A DNA stretch of 64,000 nucleotides. Source: Spirochaetia bacterium (GTDB lineage: Bacteria > Spirochaetota > Spirochaetia > SZUA-6 > Bin103). The stretch lies in contig CBDBOV010000004.1 of assembly GCA_965208575.1 (NCBI GenBank), positions 256,001-320,000 on the forward strand, read 5' to 3'. Of the stretch, positions 56,289 to 64,000 are shown piece after piece; the first letter of the stretch is position 1; the number at the start of each line of letters is the position of its first letter. Under the pieces are notes generated by a model. That model was not told where the DNA came from and did not search any database. It saw nothing but the letters and a program-made list of their open reading frames with translations. A program made the position numbers and the translations under genes.

Positions 56289-58250
56289 CTACTGGTCCTT
56301 CAGGTAGAGCTGGTCGGCGAACTCGCTGAGGCCGCCGGTCCACACGTGGCGCGGCACGAACGAGGTCATTACGTTGCCGACCCGGTTCTTGGCCACCACC
56401 GGCACCGGCACCTGGCCAACGGTGCCGATCCAGAACAGGTTCTCGGCCTGCGTCTCGGCGATCTGGTAGATCAGGTCGCGGTACTCGTCGCTCTGCTCCG
56501 GCGTCTGCTGCGCCTTGTAGATGCGCCGGTCATGCTCCTCGATCCACTCCGGCGGCTGTTCGCCCGGCAGGTCGCCCTCCGACCCGCCGCCGGCCTCGCG
56601 GGCGTACACTTCGCTCAGCCACTGGTCCCACAGCGGCGCCCAGTTGGACTCGGTGCTCGCGGCCAGGTGCTGGATCAGCTTCTCGAAGGCGCGCACCGCG
56701 ATGTCGAACTGGTCGGTGTCGGTCAGCTCCCAGAAGAATGAGGGTTCATGGCCACGCAACTCGATGCGGATGCCCACGTCCTGCCAGTACTCCTTGATCA
56801 GTTCCAGCAACTCGCCGCGCGAGGAGCCGATCTCGATCACCTGGTGGTGAATCGTGAACTGCAGCGGGCCGCCGTCCGGGGCCAGCCGGAAACCGTCGCG
56901 GTCGCGCGCGGTCAGGCCGATTCCGTCCAGCAGCTCGTTGGCCATCTCCGGGTCGTACTGCGCGTACGCCTGCGCCCAGGCATCGTCGTACACGGAAAAG
57001 CTCTCCGGCACCGTGGCCTGGCGCGGCGTGCCCTGGCCGAAGTAGATCACCTCGTTGATCTCGTCGCGGTTGATCGCCACCGACAGCGCGATGCGGAAGT
57101 CGCGATTCTGGATCAGTTCGCGCTTGACCGGGTCGCCCACGTTCCAGTTGGGCTGCAGTCCCATCTCGGAGCCGAACAACCCGGGCACCAGGTGCACGGT
57201 GTAGTCGCCCGCCTCTTCGTTCTGCTTGTACAGGGAGAAGTTCTCGAACGTAGTGAACAGGTAGGCGATGTCGGCCTCGCCGGAGACGATCTTGAGATCG
57301 TAGGTCTCGGCGTTGACGATCTCGCCGATTACCTGGTCGATATAGGGAAGCTGATTGCCGGCCGAGTCGGCCACCATGTAGTAGGGGTTGCGGTCCATCA
57401 CCTTGCGCACCGTATCGGAGGAGGTGAGCACCCACGGGTGGATGGTAGGTCTGGCGAGATCTTCGGAGGGATTCCACCAGTAGTGGGAGCGGAACGCGTC
57501 CTGCCAGGTGTCGAAGCCCTCCTCCTTGGCCAGCGCCTCGGCGTCGTCGCCATAGTCGATGTGCCACTTCTTCAGGTAGTGGGCGGGCTGCAGGCCGACC
57601 CAGGCCCCGCCGGCCGGCCCGGCGAAGTCGGTGACGATGTTGGGTACCGGTTCGGTCCAGGTTACCGAGAAGCTGTACTCGCTGATCTGCTGCGAATCCT
57701 GCAACGGCGCCCCCATGAAGTTCCACATCTCCACCCCGTCCTTCAGGTGCATGTCCTTGAAGGCGAACACGAAGTCCTCGGCATCGAGCGGGTCGCCGTC
57801 CGACCAGCGCATGCCGGGACGCACGTGCAGGATGAGGTTCGTGTAGTCGTCCGACTGCTCGTAGTCGACGATCAGGCCGTCGTCGAAGGTGCCGTCCAGG
57901 TTCTGGCGGAAGAAGCGGGGCGAGATCTCGGTCATGTCGCCCACGTCCTGCCACGGACTCGGATCGCGGTGGTACACGAACAGCGTGCCGCCGTAGGTGC
58001 CGATCTCGTCGAACACAGGCCGCAGCATGGGTTCGGGCGGCATGCGCTCGTCGACCGGCGGCAGCGCTCCGTTCGCCACCATCTCGGCGAGCATGGGCGC
58101 CTCGTTGAATCGGGTCGGCATGACGCCGGCGGTGCTGCCGGAGGAGCCTCCCGACTCCTCGCCTTCACCGGCGGCGAATGCGGCCGTGCCGGTCAGGGCG
58201 AGCGCCGCAACCACGGCTATCGCCAAACAGGTCTTGAACATATTGAACAT
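56289..58250 (-). CDS. ABC transporter solute-binding protein, family 5
   Basis: 'EAPMLAEMV..GALPPVDERMP', 'RWSDG', 'GNQLPYID', 'FRIALSVAINRDEI'. Confidence 0.93.
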   Translation of the reverse strand: MFNMFKTCLAIAVVAALALTGTAAFAAGEGEESGGSSGSTAGVMPTRFNEAPMLAEMVANGALPPVDERMPPEPMLRPVFDEIGTYGGTLFVYHRDPSPWQDVGDMTEISPRFFRQNLDGTFDDGLIVDYEQSDDYTNLILHVRPGMRWSDGDPLDAEDFVFAFKDMHLKDGVEMWNFMGAPLQDSQQISEYSFSVTWTEPVPNIVTDFAGPAGGAWVGLQPAHYLKKWHIDYGDDAEALAKEEGFDTWQDAFRSHYWWNPSEDLARPTIHPWVLTSSDTVRKVMDRNPYYMVADSAGNQLPYIDQVIGEIVNAETYDLKIVSGEADIAYLFTTFENFSLYKQNEEAGDYTVHLVPGLFGSEMGLQPNWNVGDPVKRELIQNRDFRIALSVAINRDEINEVIYFGQGTPRQATVPESFSVYDDAWAQAYAQYDPEMANELLDGIGLTARDRDGFRLAPDGGPLQFTIHHQVIEIGSSRGELLELIKEYWQDVGIRIELRGHEPSFFWELTDTDQFDIAVRAFEKLIQHLAASTESNWAPLWDQWLSEVYAREAGGGSEGDLPGEQPPEWIEEHDRRIYKAQQTPEQSDEYRDLIYQIAETQAENLFWIGTVGQVPVPVVAKNRVGNVMTSFVPRHVWTGGLSEFADQLYLKDQ

Positions 58251-58347
58251 GGAAGCCTCCCTCGTGCGGATGCCGTAATCATAGTTGAGGGCGGCGTCCC
58301 ATGTACACCTCGATCCACTGTGGCCTCTGGTGGCTACTGCCAACAGG

Positions 58348-59526
58348 TTATTGCTTGTAGGGGTCGGCCACGTCGCGCAGGCCGTCGCCGGCGAAGTTGA
58401 AGCACAGCACCGTGAATACCACGAACAGCGCCGGAATCAGCAGCCACGGGTGCAGCGCCACGGTGCGCACGTTCTGCGCCTGCTGCAGCATCACCCCCCA
58501 GCTCACCACCGGCGGCCGCAGCCCGATGCCGATGAAGCTCAACGCGGTCTCACCCAGGATCATGTACGGCACCGCGAGGGTGATGTGGACGACCAGGTAG
58601 CTCATGAACCCCGGCAGCAGGTGGCGGAAGATGATCGACCGTTCCGGTGCGCCGGCGACCGACGCGGCCATGACGTAGTCTTCCACCCGCAACTGCAGGA
58701 TCTTGCCGCGCACCACCCGTGCCAGCCCGGTCCAGCCCACCAGCGACAGGATCACCGTGATCATGAAGTAGATTCGCAGCGGCGGCCAGTTCAACGGCAC
58801 CGCGGCCGCCAGCGCCATCCACAGCGGGATCGTGGGCAACGACTGCAGGAACTCGATGATGCGCTGCACGACCATGTCGGCGGCGCCGCCGAAGTATCCC
58901 GAGATGCCGCCGAGCAGGCAGCCGAGCACGAAGCTGATGGTCACCCCGAGCAGTCCGATGGAAAGCGAGATGCGCGACCCGGCCAGTACGCGCGAGTACA
59001 TGTCGCGGCCCAGGCTGTCGGTGCCGAACAGGAACATGTAGCCGGGCCGGTCGACGCCGAGCAGGTGCAGCGTGCTCGGGAACAGGCCGATCACGCGATA
59101 CTCGTGGCCGCGCACCAGGAACCGCACCGGAAAGATCTGCTCGCGGTCGTCCTCGTAGACCGGGGCCAGCGTCTCCGGGTGGCGGCCGACGATCAGGCCA
59201 TACACGAACGGGCGATGCAGCCGCCCGTCGTGGAACAGGCGCACCCTCGTGGGCGGCGCGAACAGGTGGTCCGGGTGACGCTGGTAGGTGTCCGCGACCG
59301 CGAAGAATCCGGCAAACGCCGCCAGCAGGTAGATGACCAGCAGGATGACGCTGCCGAACACCGCCAGGCGATGTTTCAGGAAGCGGCGCCTGATCAGGGT
59401 CCAACTCGACGCCACGTAGTAGCGCTCGCTGCGTTCGTCGGTGGCGGGCTCGGCCGGCGCCTCGATCCGGTAGCGGGCGATGCCGGTGGGCGCGGGCGCG
59501 TCGTCCCGCGACCTGCTCGAACTCAC
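58348..59526 (-). CDS. ABC transporter permease (OppC/DppC-like)
   Basis: 'FGTDSLGRDMYSR', 'GDGLRDVADPY'; GTG start overlaps the upstream stop. Confidence 0.93.
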   Translation of the reverse strand: MSSSRSRDDAPAPTGIARYRIEAPAEPATDERSERYYVASSWTLIRRRFLKHRLAVFGSVILLVIYLLAAFAGFFAVADTYQRHPDHLFAPPTRVRLFHDGRLHRPFVYGLIVGRHPETLAPVYEDDREQIFPVRFLVRGHEYRVIGLFPSTLHLLGVDRPGYMFLFGTDSLGRDMYSRVLAGSRISLSIGLLGVTISFVLGCLLGGISGYFGGAADMVVQRIIEFLQSLPTIPLWMALAAAVPLNWPPLRIYFMITVILSLVGWTGLARVVRGKILQLRVEDYVMAASVAGAPERSIIFRHLLPGFMSYLVVHITLAVPYMILGETALSFIGIGLRPPVVSWGVMLQQAQNVRTVALHPWLLIPALFVVFTVLCFNFAGDGLRDVADPYKQ

Positions 59527-60521
59527 GCCCGTGCCTCGTTCTCGAAGCGGATGCGGGGATCGACGGTCACCAGCATCAGGTCGGACACCAGCGTACCCAT
59601 CATCGCCAGCCCGCTGAGCAGCATCACCATGCTGCCGGCCAGGTACATGTCCTGCGCCTGCAGGGCGCGCAGCAGCAGCGGGCCGACGGTGGGCAGACTG
59701 AGCACGATGGAGACCAGGGTCTCGCCGGCCACGATTGCCGGCAGCAGGTAGCCGATGGTGCTGATGATCGGATTGAGGGCCAGCCGTACCGGGTACTTGA
59801 ACAGGATGATGCCCTCGCGCAGTCCCTTGGCGCGGGCCGTAATCACGTACTGCTTGGACAACTCGTCGAGCAGCGAGCCGCGCAGGATGCGGATGATCTC
59901 CGCGGTGCCGGCGGTGCCGATCACGATCAGCGGGATCGGCAGGTGCTTGAGCAGGTCGATCACCTTGCCGATGCTCCACGGCTCGAGCACGTACTCGCGC
60001 GAGAACAGTCCGCCCACGCTCCAGCCGAGGTGGGTGAACGTCAGGTACATCAGGATCAGAGCGAGCAGGAAGTTGGGGGTAGCCAGGCCGATGAAGCCGG
60101 CCACCGTGAACGCGTAATCGCCTACCGAATAGGGCCGCGTGGCCGAGTAGATGCCGATCGGCACCGCGATGACATACACGAAAATCAGCGACGCGACCGA
60201 GATGGTGACGGTCAGGGCGAGGCGCTCCATGATCAGGTCGGTGACCTCTTCGTTCCACTGGAAGGAGCGCCCCATGTCGCCCTGCAGCAGGTTGCCGAAC
60301 CACTTCAGGTACTGCAGCATTACCGGCTGGTCGAGGCCGTAGCGGTCCTCCAGGGCGCGGATCATCTCGTCGTCCACCGTCATCCCCAGGTTGCGCATGT
60401 TCTGGATCATGGTGCTGAGGTAGTCGCCGGGCGGGAGCTGGATGATCAGGAACGACACCAGCGACAGCACCAGCAGCAGTATGATCATGTAGATGACGCG
60501 GCGCACGAGATAGTGAGCCAT
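59523..60521 (-). CDS. ABC transporter permease (OppB/DppB-like)
   Basis: 'QLPPGD', 'YVITARAKG', 'DPRIRF'. Confidence 0.95.
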   Translation of the reverse strand: MAHYLVRRVIYMIILLLVLSLVSFLIIQLPPGDYLSTMIQNMRNLGMTVDDEMIRALEDRYGLDQPVMLQYLKWFGNLLQGDMGRSFQWNEEVTDLIMERLALTVTISVASLIFVYVIAVPIGIYSATRPYSVGDYAFTVAGFIGLATPNFLLALILMYLTFTHLGWSVGGLFSREYVLEPWSIGKVIDLLKHLPIPLIVIGTAGTAEIIRILRGSLLDELSKQYVITARAKGLREGIILFKYPVRLALNPIISTIGYLLPAIVAGETLVSIVLSLPTVGPLLLRALQAQDMYLAGSMVMLLSGLAMMGTLVSDLMLVTVDPRIRFENEARA

Positions 60522-60603
60522 CAGGCCTCCGCGCTGCTTGGCGGGCGCACGGCAGGGGCGGCGCAGCGCACCCGGCGGCGGGAGTCGAGCCGGTGCAACA
60601 TGC

Positions 60604-61809
60604 TCAGTCGGCGATCACCGCGGGCGCGAGGTCGCCGATGGACGCGCCGAGCCGGTCGGCGCTGCCGTGGCCGTTCGACTTCTCCTCCGGTTGTTGCGCC
60701 GTGGCCGGCAGCGGCACGTCGTACTGGTAGCCGGGCTCGACCTGCTGGCGGCGCCAGGTGGCGCGCATCTCCCGCCAGGCGGCGAATACCCACTTGGGCT
60801 CGGGGGTGTCCGCCGCGATCGCCTTGCCGAGGCGGCGCAGGTTGTAGCACGGCACGCCGGCGTACATGTGATGCTCCATGTGCCAGTTCATGCGCCAGTA
60901 CAGGAACGTGGTGAGCGGGTCGAGCTTGATGGAGCGCACGCACTTGCGGAAGTCGGCCACGTTGGTGCGCAGCCCGCAGTGCATCGGCAGGTGGGTGACG
61001 TAGCGCCAGAAGTTGGCGATGAAGATCGGCAGGCTGACCAGCACCGGCAGCAGCCAGAGCTGAAATACGATTGCCGCGGCCAGCACCAGGGCGTGGAACA
61101 GCAGGATCAGGCGCGCCCAGCGCACCGACTTGCGCAACTCCTCGGGGTGGCCGGCGTACACCGCCGTCAGCCATTCCGCCTTGGGGGATGCGAGTCCGCC
61201 CCGATCGCCGGTACCCGCCCTGTTCAGTGCCCTCTTGACGGTGTACCCGACGACCGGAATCAGCCCGGCGGTGTGCGGGCCGCCGGTGAAGTTGAGGGTA
61301 AGGATCTGCACCAGGAAGAAGAACCGGAACGTGGGCGAGCGCGGCAGCACCTCTTCACGGTCGCCGTTCGGGTGCAGCGTGTAGCGATGGTGGTAGGTGT
61401 GGCTCATCGCGTAGTCGTAGAAGTTGAACCAGGTGAGCAGCGCGTAGAAGCGCTTGAAGAACGTGTTGAGCACCTTGGTGCGGAACACGGTGCCGTGGGT
61501 AAGCTCGTGGTTGGCGGCGGCGTAGATGCTGCCCATGGTGCCGTGCAGGAACAGTGCCGCGGCAAACCCTATCCACGCCTGCCGCGCGAACAGGTGCCAG
61601 GTGAGCAATCCGCTCGCCGCCAGCAGGACCAGCGGGCCGACGGACTGGAACCAGCCCTTCAGGTCGCTGCGCTGCATCAGGCCGCGCAGCACGCGTGGAT
61701 CGATCGGACTCCGGTACCACCGTACGCGCATCGTACGCCGTACCTCGTCCAATGGTGGGTACGCCGCGGGCGCGCCATTCGCCGGTGCCGTGGTTGCCGC
61801 CTGTGCCAT
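60604..61809 (-). CDS. Membrane fatty-acid desaturase family protein
   Basis: Three His boxes: HELTH, HTYHH, HMEHH, followed by 'VPCYNL'. Confidence 0.9.
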   Translation of the reverse strand: MAQAATTAPANGAPAAYPPLDEVRRTMRVRWYRSPIDPRVLRGLMQRSDLKGWFQSVGPLVLLAASGLLTWHLFARQAWIGFAAALFLHGTMGSIYAAANHELTHGTVFRTKVLNTFFKRFYALLTWFNFYDYAMSHTYHHRYTLHPNGDREEVLPRSPTFRFFFLVQILTLNFTGGPHTAGLIPVVGYTVKRALNRAGTGDRGGLASPKAEWLTAVYAGHPEELRKSVRWARLILLFHALVLAAAIVFQLWLLPVLVSLPIFIANFWRYVTHLPMHCGLRTNVADFRKCVRSIKLDPLTTFLYWRMNWHMEHHMYAGVPCYNLRRLGKAIAADTPEPKWVFAAWREMRATWRRQQVEPGYQYDVPLPATAQQPEEKSNGHGSADRLGASIGDLAPAVIAD

Positions 61810-61975
61810 GCCGAGTCACCTCCTTGTCATGGGGAAGCATATCATGATCCGCCGGTGTGTCACCGGCACGGAGCAGCCGTTCCGTTACCTCCGGCAGCCC
61901 TGTCCGGCACGGCGCGCCGCCCGCCTGGCCCACCGTGCGTTGACGCGCCGGGCGGACAGTGCGAATCTGCCCAAT

Positions 61976-63610
61976 GTGAATCTGCCCAGTGTGCTGAAGC
62001 GCGAGCTGCGAATAGACCACCGCTACCTGATCCTTCCGGTGCGCCGGCGAACGGCCGCCGAGGCAAGAGGCCAGTGGGGCGGAAACATGCGCCTGTGCCG
62101 CGACGGGCAGGTGCTGCGACACTTCGACATCGACCTCGCGGACGGCAGCGGCGACTACCAGGTGTTCAGCGACCTGCAGCCGTTTCTCGGGCAGCGGTTG
62201 CAGGTGGAGTTCGAGGGCTCGGGAGCGGATTCACTCGACGGCCTGCGCCTTGCGGCCGAGCCGGTGCCACCGGAGTCGCTGTACCGCGAACGCTTGCGGC
62301 CGCAGTTCCACTTCTCGTCGCGCAGGGGCTGGAACAACGACCCCAACGGCCTGTTCTGCTTTGGCGGCGAGTTTCACCTGCTGTACCAGCACAACCCGTA
62401 CAGCGTCGAATGGGGCAACCTGCACTGGGGGCACGCGGTAAGCCGCGACCTGGTGCACTGGACGGAGCGCCCGGTGGCCCTGTATCCGGATGCGCTGGGC
62501 GCCATGTCCACCGGCAGCACGGTGGTGGACTACGCCAATACCTCCGGCCTGGGCAGCGCCGACGCACCGGCGATCGTCGCCGTCTACACCGCCGGCCACG
62601 CTTCCTGGACGCCCGGTTTCGTGCAGTGCCTGGCCATCTCCACCGACGGCGGAACCACCTGGAGCAAGTACCACGGCAACCCGGTGATCGAGCACATCGT
62701 GCACCGCAATCGCGATCCCAAGGTGATCTGGCATCCGGAAACCGGGCGCTGGGTGATGGTGCTGTACATGGACCGCTTCGACTACGCCATCTTCACCTCG
62801 CCCAACCTGTTGCACTGGGAGCGGGTCAGCGACCTGGAACTGCCGCGCTGCACCGAGTGCCCGGAGCTGTTTCCGCTCGCCCTGGACGGGGAGCAGAAGT
62901 GGGTGTTCTGGGGCGCCAACACTACCTACCTGGTGGGCTCGTTCGACGGGCGCACCTTCCGCCCGGAGCAGGGTCCGCGCAAGCTGCAGCCGGACGGCAA
63001 CGGCTACGCCGCGCAGACCTGGAGCGACGTGCCGCCGGAGGATGGCCGCCGGATCCAGATGGCGTGGCTGCGGCAGCAGATGCCGGGCATGCCGTGGGGC
63101 CAGTGCATGACCGTTGCGCACAGCCTGGAGCTGCAGCGCCGCGACGGCCAGGTGCTGCTCACCGCGGACCCGGTACGCGAGTTGGAGAGCTTGCGGGCGG
63201 AGCGCTGGGAGGTGGCGGATACCGAGATCGCGCCGGCGCGGCCGCTGGAGGCCGAGGTGGGCGGCGAGCTGCTGGACGTGGAGGCGGAGCTGGAGCTGGG
63301 CGCGGCCGACTGCGTGGGCGTGGTGGTGCGCGGCGTGCCGGTGTTCTACGACCGTCGCCTCGGGGCGCTGTGCTGCGGCGAATACACGGTGCCGATGCCG
63401 GAGCCGGACGGGCCGTTTACCTGGCGCATCCTGGCCGACCGCGCCTCGCTGGAGTTGTACGCGGACGGCGGCGCGGTGAACATCGCGGCCGGCGTCATCC
63501 TGCCCGAGTGGGAGCGCTCGGTGCGGCTGGTGGCGGCGGGAGGCAGCGCGGTGGCGAAGCGGGTGACGGTGGCGCGGCTGCGGTCGGCGTGGCCGTTGGC
63601 GGAGGTTTGA
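61976..63610 (+). CDS. Glycoside hydrolase family 32 with N-terminal extra domain (levanase-like)
   Basis: 'WNNDPNG', 'WGHAVS', 'RDPKV', 'ECPELF'; start uncertain. Confidence 0.93.
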   Translation: MNLPSVLKRELRIDHRYLILPVRRRTAAEARGQWGGNMRLCRDGQVLRHFDIDLADGSGDYQVFSDLQPFLGQRLQVEFEGSGADSLDGLRLAAEPVPPESLYRERLRPQFHFSSRRGWNNDPNGLFCFGGEFHLLYQHNPYSVEWGNLHWGHAVSRDLVHWTERPVALYPDALGAMSTGSTVVDYANTSGLGSADAPAIVAVYTAGHASWTPGFVQCLAISTDGGTTWSKYHGNPVIEHIVHRNRDPKVIWHPETGRWVMVLYMDRFDYAIFTSPNLLHWERVSDLELPRCTECPELFPLALDGEQKWVFWGANTTYLVGSFDGRTFRPEQGPRKLQPDGNGYAAQTWSDVPPEDGRRIQMAWLRQQMPGMPWGQCMTVAHSLELQRRDGQVLLTADPVRELESLRAERWEVADTEIAPARPLEAEVGGELLDVEAELELGAADCVGVVVRGVPVFYDRRLGALCCGEYTVPMPEPDGPFTWRILADRASLELYADGGAVNIAAGVILPEWERSVRLVAAGGSAVAKRVTVARLRSAWPLAEV

Positions 63611-63618
63611 GGAAGACG

Positions 63619-64000
63619 ATGTCCCGACTCGACGTGACTCCGATCGCCGGCGCCCTGGGAGCCGAGGTGCGCGGCGTGGATCTGGGCGGCTCGCTGGACG
63701 CCGCCACCGTGGCGGAAATCCGGCAGGCGCTCCTGGACCACCTGGTGATTTCGTTCCCGGCGCAGGAACTGACGCCGAAGTCGCTGCTTGCGTTCGCGCG
63801 CTGCCTCGGCGAGCCACTCGAATACCCGCAGTTGCAGGGCCTGCCGGAGGCGCCGCTGGTGACCGCGGTCACCAAGCTGGAGCACGAGCGGGTGGCGTTC
63901 GGCGGCGTGTGGCACACCGACACCAGCTACCTGGAGAAACCGCCGCTCGGCAGCCTGCTGTACGCGGTGGAGCTGCCGCCGTATGGCGGCGACACCCTGT
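63619..64000 (+). CDS. TauD/TfdA family Fe(II)/2-oxoglutarate dioxygenase (runs off window end)
   Basis: Hand translation: MSRLDVTPIAGALGAEVRGVDL...GGVWHTDTSY...LPPYGGDTL; absent from the ORF track because no stop is reached. Confidence 0.9.
   Translation, partial: MSRLDVTPIAGALGAEVRGVDLGGSLDAATVAEIRQALLDHLVISFPAQELTPKSLLAFARCLGEPLEYPQLQGLPEAPLVTAVTKLEHERVAFGGVWHTDTSYLEKPPLGSLLYAVELPPYGGDTL

Overview
GC-rich bacterial chromosome segment. It is most consistent with a free-living or host-associated Spirochaetia lineage (inference): the gene orders rpsF-ssb-rpsR-DUF2232-rplI-dnaB and maf-rpsB-tsf-frr-cdsA-rseP-WD40 resemble spirochaete layouts, and the solute-binding proteins start with Cys-less 'A(A/G)G(E/Q)xE' mature ends. 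The first ~27 kb is mostly core: a Lol/MacB-like export cluster, PBP1A, gcvH, a ParB-domain gene, mutL and translation/replication genes. It is interrupted by one apparently intact IS110-family element (12113-13752). I can delimit this element by a 3-nt TGA core and 8-bp subterminal inverted repeats; excising it in silico restores the disrupted gene's reading frame. Its ~235-nt upstream non-coding end folds by eye into a ~180-nt multibranched RNA with two repeated modules, a candidate bridge/seek RNA, and this is the top finding. A second unannotated structured RNA candidate with its own promoter and terminator lies at ~5633-5830. The remaining ~37 kb is accessory catabolism: sugar and peptide-type ABC importers (one tandemly duplicated), iolE, aromatic ring-cleavage genes, two GH32 enzymes, tandem MFS paralogs, an orphan RiPP-type PIMT, antitoxin remnants and an AAA+ DUF4143 gene. 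No rRNA, tRNA or CRISPR array was seen. All calls come from motif recognition by eye; no database search or folding program was run.
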